Assembly: GCF_009914755.1 (NCBI RefSeq)
Contig: NC_060938.1
Length of the DNA: 64,000 bases
DNA from: the human T2T-CHM13v2.0 reference genome, Homo sapiens
Strand: one strand, 5' to 3'
Every line of letters starts with the position of its first letter. The first letter of the stretch is position 1. The translations under genes were made by a program, and so were the position numbers. The notes beneath the pieces are model-generated. The model was not told the DNA's origin and did not search any database. It was given only the letters and a program-made list of their open reading frames with translations. Positions 43,930 to 57,900 of the stretch are shown piece after piece.

Positions 43930-44300
43930 GTTCCCCCTTCAGGAATGAAGGCCTTAAAATCTGCCCACTGCTGGGATGGGAGTGCTACTGGCAGGCAATC
44001 CTCAGGCATCAGCCCCTTTAGGAAGTACACCAGCCAATGACAGCTGCTTTGCTCAATGTTATGCCCTTAGTCAAGGCCTGGTTGATGTGGATGTGTAAAG
44101 GCTCGGCTCCCTCACAATTCTGAAGGGGCATCCAGTGCCAGAACTCCCTAAGGGATTGGCTGAGCCTTCACTGAGATTACATCTTAGTTCAGCTTCCCTT
44201 TCTTCTCTACCGTGTTTCCTATGAGTACTTCCTAACAAAACTAAGTGCATGCTGATCTTCATCTCAGAGTCGACTTCCCAAGGAGTCCCACTTGCACCAT
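43930..44300 (+). mobile_element. ERVL LTR (LTR16/LTR33-like)
   Basis: 3' end tgcatgctgatcttcatctcagagtcgacttcccaaggagtccca resembles the LTR16-family terminus. Confidence 0.6.
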
Positions 44301-44984
44301 ATGGCGTACCCAGAAGAGATAAGGGATTTGTAGAGAGGAGGAGGTCCTTTTCATGAATAGCTTCAATAAGAGCTATCTTTGCATCTCTTCCCATCAGGGA
44401 CTGAAGGGATATAGGAGGACTGTGGCAGGTAAACTAGAGCTGCTGTCAGGGTCTAGGCTTAGGACAAGGGCAATGAAAGGTCTCAGCCACATCAAAACTA
44501 AGTCTTAGGGTTAAAAGCACTACTTGGGAGTCAGAGAGATTTGAGTACAAATCATGTCTGACTTTTGGATGAGTTATTTAAATACTTTAAACCTCAATGT
44601 TCTCATCTGTAAAATAGGAGTAATAAAATTTACTTCACGTATTTCTGGTGATGATTAAATAGCATTTGCTATGACATGATTGAGTGCTCAAATTTATTTT
44701 CATTGGCATTTTAGTTATTAAAAGCTTGTATATTCAGAGCCTATTCACACAGAGCAACCGAGAGAAGAGCTTTGAGGTGTCATCCAGCTGCCCAGCTCTC
44801 TGGGGTCTGACAATGCAAGGGCAGAACCCACAGTAGTGGCTGCCACCTGGGCTGAGAAACCTATCCTGGGATCCTGTTATACCTTGACCCTTATTCTGTC
44901 TTCCTTGAGTCAAATGTGGCTACCAAAGTTGGGCCACCAGGGCCTGGATGAAAACACTCTACAGCTGGAAAGAGTCCTGTATGT

Positions 44985-45175
44985 TCTTTCTTTTTTCTTT
45001 TTTTGAGACAGAGTCTTGCTCTGTTGCCCAGGCTGGAGTGCCGTGGCGCAATCTTGACTCATTGCAACCTCCACCCCCGCTGCTGCAGCCCCACTGCTGC
45101 CTAGGGTCAAGCCATTCTTGTGCCTCAGCCTCCTGAGTAGCTGGAATTATAGGCGTGAGCCACCATGCCCAGCCC
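44985..45175 (-). mobile_element. Alu monomer (FRAM-like) with small insertion
   Basis: Reverse right-arm-type monomer; inserted cccccgctgctgcagccccactgctg. Confidence 0.8.
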
Positions 45176-46749
45176 AGACCTGCTTTCAAATTAAAGGACT
45201 ATTTCTCCACTGCCATCTTAGGCAAGAGTGGAGACTTTGTAGGGTCTAAAAGGTTTCTCAAAAAGCATTGCTGAGCAGAGGATCCTAGAGATGGAGCCTA
45301 AGCCGTGTGCCCAGCAAGTCTAGAGGGCAGGCCGAGGGGTCTGTGACCTTCGTATCAAAGACCATGGACCCTCGTGGAAAACAACATCCCAGGAGAGTAG
45401 AGAGTATGGTCAGTTAAGAAATCTGGTCTAAGGACCAGTGGTGGAGGAGGGTCACCTGATTTCAACACAGCATTATCATGTGGTCCTTCTCCAACTTTTC
45501 CAAGGATTGGTTTATGATCCACAAAGAAGAGGAAATAGAAGGAATCTACATCGAGCATATAATTTCTTCTGTCTCTTACATTTAACAAATAGCCATTATC
45601 TATGTGATTTTTGCATTCTTCTTGATATGTCACAATCATTTACCATTTAAATGGTTTAACTATTTCATTCTTGCCCTCAAATCTAGTAAAATGTAGGCTC
45701 CAGAAGGTTTTGCCATCTATACCCATGGTCTCTCTCTCCCCAGCAGCACACCATCTTGAATCCTTGGGGAAGCAAATGCTCCAGTTTGAAGTGCACAGAC
45801 TTAGTGCATGCTCTTACTCATTGTTCTCAGTGTAGCCCTTATGGACTTGTGTCCAAGAAAGAGAAATGGGACTGATTATTCACATAAAACAGCTGTTTCA
45901 CCAAAGTATCCATTCCTTAAACTGAGGGCACGAGGGCTTGGCAATGAGTAGCCCTGCCGTATTGGTGCTGGTAAAGCGTTCTTGTTCCATATCACCTTGA
46001 GAAGTTATAGACCACAGGATGCAGAGGCAGCAGAAAGTGGTGATGGCAATGCAGAACATCTAGAAGCACAAGCAAGGCACTCTGGGAAACCCCTCATTCT
46101 TACAGGGAGTAACACAGAAGGGATATGGAGCTAGAGTTTACATTATGCTGCAGATTGCTAGGGTGGACCAGAGACAACCTGTTTTGTGAGATATTCTGGT
46201 GATCCTTTGTGCCTGCCCTTTCCCCAGGATGTTAAGACTTGAGCACGTAGCACCCTCAAGCTCTTGGATGCTTCCAACTTGTTTCAGTGGAAACTATTCA
46301 GAAGTACCTATTTGACATATTCACAAATTCATTTTAGGCGAAAGCTTGTTGATTAGCCAAAAATCTCAATGTGAATGCCTCTCAAACATAGCAGCAACTA
46401 AATACTGGAATATATGAAGGCAGTAACAGAGTCCGGTGTAATGTCAGGCCTTCTACTTGCCGTTTGGGGGCATTCTGAGAGCAGAGAAGGGATCTTAAAG
46501 AGAGTGGCTTCCAAGCCCTGTTCCCCACATTCCAGTTCTCGCCATTCCTGTCTCATAGCTGATGAGGGAGAAGATAGACTTTATAAGTATAAATTCTTGG
46601 GCTGGAATGATTTCTAACAGGTTTCTCTGCCTCTGCCACCCTTCTCTCAGATCTACTATGGTGGGGATTTAGGTAAAATGAAATAATTGCAGTAGAAGAG
46701 GGGAAAATGCAATAGCCCTAAAAGGAAGCAACAATCAAATTTAACCTAT

Positions 46750-46883
46750 GGGCAGGCATGGTGGCTTAGGCCTATAATTCCAGCACTTTGGGAGGCTGAG
46801 CTGGGAGGATCAGTTGCTTGAGGCCAGGAGTTCACCAGCCTGGGCAACATAGCAATACCCCGTCTCTACAAAATAAATAAAAA
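46750..46883 (+). mobile_element. Alu monomer (FLAM-like)
   Basis: gggcaggcatggtggctt...ccgtctctacaaaataaataaaaa. Confidence 0.82.
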
Positions 46884-47794
46884 GTAACAATTTATCTTAG
46901 AATATATACAAATAATATGAATTTATCCAGAGGTACTTGTGACTTGTTGCTGTTGATAATTGACACATGAAAGTTTGCAAGTGTTTAATAAATTAGAGTC
47001 AACAGCATCCCTATAATAATGTCACTTGAGCTGACTTGATTCTGATACCCTTTCCTATTTGAAAGAGAAATGGATAAGGTTCCAGCTGACCCTCCAGAAA
47101 CTTAGCAAGGCAGTATGTCACACCATAACAATTATCCGTTGAGTATTGAGGCAGAAAAAATTCCTGAGAGCTCCTGGGACTGAATTGGGAAGCAAGGATC
47201 ATGATTTTTCTTCTAGTCTGGTCCTGGCTCTTAGATGCTCCCATTTTATTTTTGGAGACATTGTTCAGGAGTAGCTATTTGACATATTTAAAAATTCAAT
47301 TGAGGAAGAAAGAATATTGATTGAGTCAGGAATTCCTAATTAAAAACATAAGGAAAACGAAATTGGAGATTAGTATTTTTCAGGGTCTTTTCTAAACAAC
47401 CTATTTCTTCTGCCCTTTAACCAAAAGAACAACTAAGGGTAATGAAACACTTACCAGTTTGCCACAGCAGTGAGGCAATCAAGGGCAGTATGCAATGTGA
47501 TGTGAGTCAAAACTATGGCCCAAGATATCTTTTATTGGTAGAGCAGTTCTCCTCTTTCTTGGTTTTGTTTTTAGATGGGTACCTTAAATGGTTTTCGATC
47601 TGGGTACCTCAGATTTTTTTTTTAACTGACATGGTGTATTTGTTAAAGGATTTTGACCCTACATTATTACTGTAAGCCAGAGGCTAGAAGGAACCACAGA
47701 ATGTGGAAGCATAGTACAGCATCTTACATAGTAGTTAATAACATAGGCTTTCGCATTAGAAAGTCTTAGTTCAAACTGTGATGCAGTCACTTAA

Positions 47795-48143
<349 letters not shown>

Positions 48144-49225
48144 TAGGTGGCTGTAAAATTAAGAGAATAATAACTGTCCTTACTTCATAAGAAAATGGAG
48201 ATGATTAAATGAAACAGTGCAGGTAACATCCTTAGAAGAGGATGTGACCCAGAGTAAGTATTTCATACGTGTGAGTTGCTTGTATTACTATTATACGTGG
48301 AAAATATCAGCACTTTTATTTTGCAAAATAAAAAACAAGGACTTATTATTTTAACTTGAAGATCTGAACATTATGTTAATTTCCAAAATAGGAATTTGGG
48401 CAAGAAAATTGGACTTTGGACATGAGGTCATCTTTGCAATGGATACCAACTCAGAATTTGTAGAGCTTTTAGCTGACGTGGTTATCCTGCACTCTCAGCC
48501 TGAGATCTGTTGTCTGACAGGAAGGGCTACATTTCTTATTGAAGAGCTCTAAGGATCCTAGTTAACACGCTTGCTCCACCTGGATTGAGTTACTAATGTT
48601 CCTTACAGGGCTCTCTTCCTCAAGTTAGATGCTTACTACTCATTGATGGAAATGAAATATTTCCTTCTACATTTATTTCGCCCTTCAGAGTTAGAACCTC
48701 TTTAATAAAGCAAATGGCTGGCAGCTTTTTAAAAAATTACATTTCTAGTTTATGAGGATGGAGTGTGTACACCTTTTAAAATTTTTTACTTTGAAGTAAT
48801 TTCCAATTTACAGAAAATTTGCAAAAGTGGTACAAAGAACTATATGTCCTTCACTGAGATTTGCCTATTGTTAACTTTACCACTTTTGCCTTATCATTCT
48901 TTCTCTCTCTCTGTATTATTTTTTTCTGAACCATTTGAAAGTTATAGACATGACACACATTGCCCCAATACTTCAGTGTATATTTCCTAAAAATAAAGAC
49001 TCTTTGTTACATAACCATAGGAAACTAATGTTGAACAATACTATTACCTAACCCATAGATCACATTAAAATTTGTCCTAACATAGCTTTTATAGGTCCAA
49101 AATCCAATCTAGGGTCATAGGTTACTTTAAAATGTCATTTCTCTTTAGTCTCCCTCATTTTTTCCTTATCTTTTGTGACATTGACAGTTTTTAAAATTTG
49201 CTGTGTGAAATATTCTTCAATTTGA

Positions 49226-50298
49226 AATGCAAATCAAAACCACAATGAGATACCATCTCACACTAGTAAGAATGACTATTATTCAAAAAACAACAGATGC
49301 TGGTGAGGCTGTGGGAAAAAGGGAACACTTATACATTGTTGGTGGGAATGTAAATGATTAGTTCAGCCACTGTGGAAAGCAGTTTGGAGAGTTCTTAACT
49401 TAAAACAGGCCAAGCATGGTGGCTCACACCTGTAATCCCAGCACTTTGGGAGGCTGAGGTAAGAGGATCACTTCAGCCCAGGAGTTCAAGACCAGCCTAG
49501 CCTGAGCAACAAAGTGAGACCCCCCCACACCACTTTACAAAAAAAAAAAAAATTAGCTAGGCATGGTGCCATGCACTTGTAGTCCCCACTACTTGGGAGG
49601 CTGAGGTGGGAGGATTGCTTGAGGTCAAGGCTGCAGTGAGCCATGATTGCACCACTACACGCCAGCCTGGGCAATAAAATAAGACTTTTTCTCAAACAAC
49701 AACAACAACAACATCAACAAACAAACAAAACAGAACTACCATTCGACCCAGCAATCTCATTACTGGGTATATACCCAAAGGAGTATAAATCCTTCTACCG
49801 TAAAGAAATTTGCAAGCATATGTTCATTGCAGCAGTATTCACAATTGCAAAGACATGGAATCAACTTAGGAGCCTATCAGTGGTGGACTGAACAAAGAAA
49901 ATGTGGTAGACATACTCCACAAAATACTATGCTGACATAAAAAAGAACAAAGTCATGTCCTTTGCAGCAACATGGATCTAGCTGGAGGCCATTATTTTAA
50001 GCGAATTAATGCAGGAACAGAAAAGCAAATACTGCATGTTTTTATTTATAAGTGGGAGCTAAACATTGAGTACTCATGGACATAGAGATGGCAACAGTAT
50101 AAACTGGGGACTACTGGTGGGGGAGGGAGAGAGGAGAGCAAGTGTTGAAAAACTACTGGGGACTATAATCAGTACGTAGGTGACAGGATCATTGGTACTG
50201 CAAACCTCAGCATCATGGAGTATACCCAGTCATCATACCTGCACATGTACCTCCTGAATCTAAGATAGAAAAAAACAAGGGTGGAAATCATGAAAATA
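49226..50298 (+). mobile_element. 5'-truncated L1 (L1PA15/16-L1PB-like) 3' end, containing an Alu
   Basis: ORF2 C-terminal remnant (atgcaaatcaaaaccacaatgagatacc; ELPFDPAISLLGIYPKE); 18-bp TSD at 49208-49225 / 50299-50316 with one mismatch. Confidence 0.88.
49408..49726 (+). mobile_element. Alu SINE (AluJ-like) with (CAA)n tail inside the L1
   Basis: Dimeric Alu; aaaacag on both sides. Confidence 0.9.
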
Positions 50299-52748
50299 AA
50301 ATATTCCTCAATTTGAGTTTGTCTGATGTTTTCTGATGATTAGATTCAGATTATGCATTTTTGGCAGAAATACTACAGAAATGATGTTGTGCACTTCTCA
50401 ATACATAATATTAGGAGGCACATGATATTCGTCCTCCTACTGTCGTTGTTCACTTTTATTACTTTGTTAAGATGATGTCTGCCAAGTTACTCTAATATAA
50501 AATTAATAACAATTATGTACATATTTATTAATAAGCAATGAATAAATATATTGTGGAGAGATTCTTTAAGAGTATATAAATATCTTGCTCATCAAATTTT
50601 CACTCATTAGTTTTAGCATCCATTGATGATTCATGACCGAATCAATTGTTACCACGAAAGTTGCTAAATGGTAATTTTTTAATTCCTACATTATGATTTG
50701 GCATTTTGTTGTAAGGTAGAGTTTTCCTTTTCCTCCCATTTCATTATATTTTCATTCCTTTATTTATATAAATATGGACTCAAGGATTTTTACCTTGTTC
50801 AATGTGTATTACCTGTTAGTATTATTATTTATTAGCCTCTTTGAGCTGGCTCATATGTTCTTTTGACATGTCCCCATCATTCTTTGAGCACTGACTTTCT
50901 GGTACAACAAGAAGTTCTAGTCTTATTGGCCATTTCCCTATCAAAGCCCTGGATTCAGTCATTTGTTTAGAGTTCTGGCTCTTTTTAGTGAAGAACGTTA
51001 TTTATAAGCCATGATCTCGGTGTTCATTGCTATTGGGGTGTCATTGCTTTTAGGCCTTCTCAGAAGACTAGAAAATATATTTATACACACACACTCACAC
51101 GCACTCACATACATACACACATACACATCTTTCTGTATCCATCTATCTATCTGTCTTTGTTAAAAACTGATACCTTCAATTCCAATCCAATATCACAGGG
51201 TTTATCTTAGCCTCTTTTACCTACTTATAACTTCCTGGTTCCGCACTGAAAAATCTGGCTCCCATTAGCCTCAATACATTTATTTAGATGACGGATACCA
51301 ACGTCCCGAGGATGCAGGCTGCCTCTTTGGCCCCGGCCCCACTGACCATGCTAAATATGTTGGCCAAATTTTTGCCCCAATTAAGGGAAATGGAAGGGGA
51401 AAAGATGGTGTATACATTTTTCTTTAATTGAGCCTGAAATGGAAGTTCTGCTGCTCAGTGTAATGTAAAGTATTTTTCCTACTTACCTCCAATTCAAAGT
51501 TCAAAACAGACAAGTAAAACACCAAAATGAGATGTTCACATTCAATTGTTATAGCTAGTGATTGACTTGGCAAGTGATTATCTACTGTGCTTATTCTTAT
51601 TATCAGAGACTGATATAATACCTACTCTACTGAAGCCATTAAAGTCAATCATTTTATTGCATAATGGACAGATCTACCTATTTTAGTGCAACCAATGCAC
51701 TTGATTAATGTGGGTAGTTGCTTGATGACTTGTGATATGGGGAAAAAAAATTTTTTTTTAATGTGGTTAGAAATCCAAAGCAAATTTTAAGGTCTTTTGC
51801 TACCAGGTTACAGTTCTTAGGTTGCACTGCCTTTTTAAAGTTATAACTAATATTTGAGAATTAAGCATTTCAATATACTTAAACATCGTCCTGGATGGAA
51901 GTATTATCTCTTGTATATAGTTCTTGAAGCCTTTAGTACTTTGGATGATAACCTTGAATTTGCTCAACCAGCCCTCACTTTTGTGATCAAGAAAAAACCT
52001 GTAGTGCTTGTTAACAGTGCTGATCTCTGGGCCCACCCCCAGATTCGGATTAAGTAGCTCTGGGGAAAGTCTGCATTTTAATGAGATCCTCAGGAGGTTC
52101 AGGAGCAAGTGGCCAAGGGACCACAGCGAGAAACACTGGGTTAACATATTTTCAATCAAACCCAGAAGAGTTCCAAAGCTGTGGTCAGTCATTTCTGGTC
52201 ATATGCAAGGTTGAATTGGTCATTAAGACCCAATAAAGCTTTCAAAATTTAGCAAATCAATGTGTTGACACTTGGCTGCCAAAGCCTGTAATTATAGGAC
52301 AAATGTGTTGGTTTGTTCATCAACTTTCATGTGTCAAGGCTGTGCTAGTGTGTCTTGAAGGCGTGGCGCCAAAGTTAGAACTCTGGTAGCCCAGACAGAG
52401 CTAGTAGCAAGCTGTCTCCCAGGGTGCCAACCTGATGGGCCAAGCCTTCAAGCAGAAACATATTTGGGTTTGACTGGCTAGTGTGCTTATTAAGTAGGAC
52501 TGAGAAGTGACTAGGGACAGACTGAGGACATGTGCACCACAGTTGCTGGTGAAAGTCTGTTTTCTTCTTCATAGGATAAGGACAGATGACTGAATAAATT
52601 ATACTCTTCTGCAGAAAGAAAGCAAATGATTAGTCAGCTCTTACTTAATCGGCTACGCTAAGTGCTTTCACAGAGTACTGCATTCGATCGTAATAAATCA
52701 CCTGGTGGATAGGTGCCTTTATCATCAATCCCACAGATGAGGAAAGGG

Positions 52749-52828
52749 GAGGGTGGAGCAAGATGGCAGAAGAGAAGGCTCCACAGATTGTCCCCCACCC
52801 CCTCTGCAAGGACACCAATTTAACAACT

Positions 52829-52874
<46 letters not shown>

Positions 52875-54922
52875 CACCTTTATCAGAATCAAAAATCAGG
52901 TGACCACTCAGTACCTGGTTTTGGTTTGTATCACAGTATGAGGCACTGAAGAGGTGGAAAAAACAGCCTTGAATCACCGATGCCACCTCTTCCTCATCCC
53001 CTGTGGTGGCAGCATGTGCAGAGAGCATCTCCAGATACTGGGGAGAGAGAGCACAGCGACTGTGAGGCATTGAACTCAGTTCTGTCCTGTTAGAACAGAA
53101 AGGAAACTGGACCAAACTTAGCTGATGCCTGCCCACGGAGGGTGCATTTAAACCAGCCCAAGCCAGGGGGATTTCTGATCCCAATGGTATGAACTTGAGT
53201 TCCCACAAACCTTGCCACCAAGGGCTAAGGTGATTAGGGGCTCTAAAAAAACTTGAAAGGCAGTCTGAACCACAAGAACTGCAACTTTTAGATGAGTCCT
53301 AGTGCTGAACTGGGCCCAGAGTCAGAGGACTGAAGGGGCACGTGATGTACTGAGACATCAGCTGGGGTGTCTACGGGAGTGCTGGCATCACCCCTCCCCA
53401 ACCCCAGGCTGCATAGCTCATGCTCCAAAAGAGACCCCTTCCTTCTGCCTGAGGAGAGGAGAGGGTAGAGTGGGAGGACTTTGTCTTGCATCTTGGATGC
53501 CAGCCGAGCCACAGCAGGATAGGGCACTGATCAGAGTTTGAGGCCCCCATTCCAGGCTCTAGCCCCTGGATTACATTTCTAGACACACCCTGGGCCAGAA
53601 GGGAACCTTCAAGGAAAGGTTCCTTGAAGGAAAGGACCCAGTTCTGGCAGAATTCACCACTTGCTAACTGAAAAACCAGCAGTGATACCCAGGTACTACA
53701 TCGAGGGCCTTTGGTGGAACTCTGAAACTTTCTGGCTTCAGGCGAGACTCAGCACATTCCCAGCTGTGGTGGCTCTGGGGCAAGACTCCCTCTGCTTGAG
53801 AAAAGCAAAGGGAAAAGTAAAGGAGACTTTGTCTTATACCTTAAGGTACCACATCAGCCACAGCAGGGGAGAGCACCAAGTGGGCTCTTGGGGTCCCCAA
53901 TTCCAGGCCTAGGCTCTTGGATGGCATTTCTGAACCTGCTCTGGGTAGGAGGGGAGCCCACTGCCTGGAAGGGTGAGTTCCAGGGCAGGCAGCATTCACC
54001 ACAAGCTGACTGAAGAGCCCATGGACCTTAAGGGAACATTGGTCTTAGTCTGGCAGTAGTCCTCATGGGCCTGTGGTGGCGTCCAAGGGGTGAGGCTCCT
54101 CTACCATTGGAAAGACAAGGGAAGAGTGGGAAGAACTGTCTTGTGGATTGAGGGCCAGCTCAGCCTCAGTACAATAGAACACCAGTTAGACTTCTAAAGT
54201 TTTTGACTCTAGTCCCTAGCTCCCAAATGGCACCTCTGGACCTACCTGGGGCCTAGGTGAACTTGCTGTTTTGAAGGGAAGGACAGAGGCCTGGCTTTGC
54301 CATCTGTTGATTGTGGAGTCCTAGGGCCTTGAGCAAACATAGGCAGTAGCAAGAGAGTGGTTACAGGAGGCCTTGGACGAGACCCGGTGCTGTGCTTGCT
54401 TCAGGTCTGACCCAGCACAGTCCCAGTGGTGGTGGCCACAGGGCTGTTACAGCTTCAAGTGGCTCAAAACAGGGGTTAGGAAGGAGAAGGGGGCAGCTCC
54501 TTGTTTTGGAGAAAGTAAAGGAGGAGAATAAGAGTCTGCCTGGTAATCCAGAGAAATCTCCCGGATCTTGTTGAAGACTATCAAGGTGGTACATCTATGA
54601 GTCTGCAAGGACCACAGCATTGCTGGGCTTGGGTCCAGCTTAGATCACAGCACTCAAGTTCTTTCAAATATCTAGAAAGCCTTCCCAAGAAAGACAGGTA
54701 CAAATACGCCCAGATAGTGAAGACTACAATGAATACCTAACTCTTCAGTGTCAAGACACAGACAGATATCTACAAGTATCAGGACAATCCAGGAAAACAT
54801 GACCTCACCAAATGAACTAAATAAGGCACCAGGGACCAATTTTGGAGAAACAGGGATATGTGACTTTTCAGACAGAGAATTCAAAATAGCCATTTTGAGG
54901 AAACTCAAAGAAATTCAAGATA
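52749..54922 (+). mobile_element. L1MA-type 5' UTR plus start of ORF1, lacking its 3' end; inserted in a MIR
   Basis: gagggtggagcAAGATGGCag (YY1 site) start; ORF1 N-terminus [14 protein letters not shown]...; (CA)n at ~52833-52872. Confidence 0.88.
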
Positions 54923-57900
54923 CCATAGATGAGGAAAGGGAAATGAGTGTGAAGTTTGCATGTGATCGTGTGATCACACAGCTAATAAGTATCATGAAGA
55001 GCTTTGACAGTTGGTCTTTTGTCTTTAAATTCAGTACTTTGTGCAATAAACACTATACTGGGAAACATCTTGTATTTTGACTTTGTTTTTTCTCCCCAGA
55101 GGTAGCTATTCAGGAAAACCGAGACACTGTCTTATATGAAGGTGTAAGGCTAGGTAGACCTGTGACATAAGCCTAACAATAGCCTCCTTCTATGACTTGC
55201 CACAACTTAAATAGAATCCCATTGAGATATCGATTCACAATATTCTTCTGCCTTGTTTGGGATACAGAGGGACAAGATTGTCTGTAAATTGCATGTATTA
55301 AGGCAAAATAGTGATTTATAGCTACTACATGTATCCTCACATTGCTGCAGAAAAATCATTACGTGCCAATAACAGAGGGTCTCAGACTCCAGGTAGGAAC
55401 TTCTTCTGAATTAAATTTATATTGAATAAGCTTACTCTATGGGGCTGTGAAGATGAAATGAGATAATCCATGTAATATGCTTGGCATGATGGCTGGTGCA
55501 GACTAAGTAATTGACACTAATATTATCAATAGTAATATTATCAATATTAATGTTAGCCATAATTGTTTTAAACATGTTATTATCACTAAAGAATGTAAGA
55601 ATACATTCTCTATACATTATTTGGTTTATTAAAATGTTTCTTTTTAATTTTTTATTTTTGTGCATGCAAAGTAGGTGTATATATTTATGGGGAACATGAT
55701 ATATTTTGATACAGGCATACAATGCATAATAATCACATCAGGGTAAATGGAGTTCTCATCACCTCAAGTATTTATCCTTTGTGTTACAAACAATCCAATT
55801 ATACTCTTAGTTATTTTAAAATATACAATAAAATTATTATTGACTATGGCACCCTGTTGTGCTATCAAATACTAGATCTTATTCATTGTTTATCTTTTTG
55901 TACCCATTAGCCATTCTCACTTCCCCCGGACCCCTCACCTTTCCCAGCCTCTTATAAGCATCATTCTACTCTCCGTGAGTTCAGTTGTTTTAATTTTTAG
56001 CTCCCAAGAATAAGTGAGACCATAAAAAGTTTGTTTTTCTGTGCCTGGCTTATTTCACTTAGCATGATGACCTCCAGTTCCATTCATGTTGTTGCAAATG
56101 ACAGGATATCATTCTTTTTTATGGCTGACTAGTACTCCATTGTGTATATGTACCATGTTTTCTTTATCCATTCATCAGCTGATGGACACTTAGGCTGCTT
56201 CCAATCATAGCTATTGTGAATAGTGCTGCAGTAAACATGGGAGTGCAGATATACTGATTTCCTTCAATATACTGATTTCCTTTCTTTTGGGTTTATATCT
56301 AGGAGTGGGATTCCTGAATCATATGGTAGCTCTATTTTTAGTTTTTCGGGGAAACTCCAAACTGTTCTCCATAGTGATTGTACTAATTTACATTCTCAAC
56401 AACAGTGTACGAGGGTTCCCTTTTCTCCACATTCTTGCCAGTATTTGTTGTTGCCTGTCTTTGGATAAAAGTCATTTTAACTGGGGCGAGATAATATTTC
56501 ATTGTAGTTTTGATTTGCCATTTCTCTGATGATCAGTGATGTTGAGCACCTATTTACATGCCTGTTTGCCATTTGTGTGTCTTCTGAAAAATGTCCATTC
56601 AGATCTTTTGCCCATTTTTGAATCAGATTATTAGATTTTTTTCTATAGAGTTGTTTGAACTCCTTATATATTCTAGTTATTAATCCCTTGACAGATGGGT
56701 AGTTTGCAAATATTTTCACTCATTCTGTGGGTTGTCTCTTCACTCTGTTGATTGTTTCCTTTGCTGTATAGAAGCTTTTTAACTTGATGTGATTGCATTT
56801 GTCCATTTTGGCTTTGGTTGCCTTTGCTTGTGTGGTATTACTCAAGAAATCTTTGCCCAATCCAATTTCCAATGTTTTCTTGAAAAAGTTTTATAGTTTG
56901 AGGCCTTAGATTTAAGTCTTTAACACATTTTGATTTGATTTTTGTATATAGCCAGAGAATAGGGGTCTAGTTTTATTCTTCTGCATATAGATATCCAGTT
57001 TTCCTGGCACCATTATTGAAGAGGCTGTCCTCTCCCCAGTGTATGTTCTTGGCACTTTTGTCAAAAATGAGTTCACCTTAGATGTATAGATTTGTTTCTG
57101 GGTTCTCTATTCTGTTCCATTGGTCTATGTGTCTGTTCCTATGCCAGTACCATGCTGTTTTGATTACTATAGCTCTGTAGTACAATTTGAAGTCAGGTAA
57201 TGTGATTTCTCCAGTTTTGTTTTTGCTCAAGATAGCTTTGGCTATTCTGGGTCTTTTGTGGTTCCATATAAATTTTAGGATTGTTTTTTCCATTTCTGTG
57301 AAGAATGTCATTAGTATTTTGATAGGTATTGAATCTGTTGATTACTTTGGGTAAAATGAACATTTTAACAATATTCATTCTTCCAATCCATGAACATGGA
57401 ATATCTTTCCATTTTGTTGTGTCTTCTTCAATTTCTTTCATCAGTGTTTTATAGTTTACATTATAGAGATCTTTCACTTCTTTGGTTAATTCCTAGGTAT
57501 TTAATTTCATTTGTAGGTCTTGTAAATGGTACTTCAAAAAATTTCTTTTTCAGCTTGTTTGCTTTTGGCACATAGAAATGCCACTGATTTTTGTATGTCA
57601 ATTTTGTATCCTGCAATTTTACTGAGTTTGTGTATTAGTTCTAATAATTTTTTTTTTTGGTGGAGTCTTTAGGTTTTTCCAAATATGAGATTATATCTCC
57701 TGCAAACAAGGATAATTTGCCTTCTTCCTTTACAATTTGAATGCCCTTTATTTCTTTCTCTTGTTGGAAGTTAGGACTTCTAGTATTATGTTGAATAACA
57801 GTGGTGAAAATGAGCATTCTTATCATGTTCCCGATCTTAGAGGAAAGGCTTCTAGTTTTTCCCCATTTGGTACGATACTAGCTGTGGGTCTGTCATATAT

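Larger units (their letters stand above)
48770..51290 (-). mobile_element. Old L1 (L1MC-like) 3' region, interrupted at 49226-50298
   Basis: Reverse L1M 3' UTR motifs (ttacagaaaatttgcaaaa, tagattcagattatgcatttttggcag, gacatgtccccatcattctttgagcac). Confidence 0.65.
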
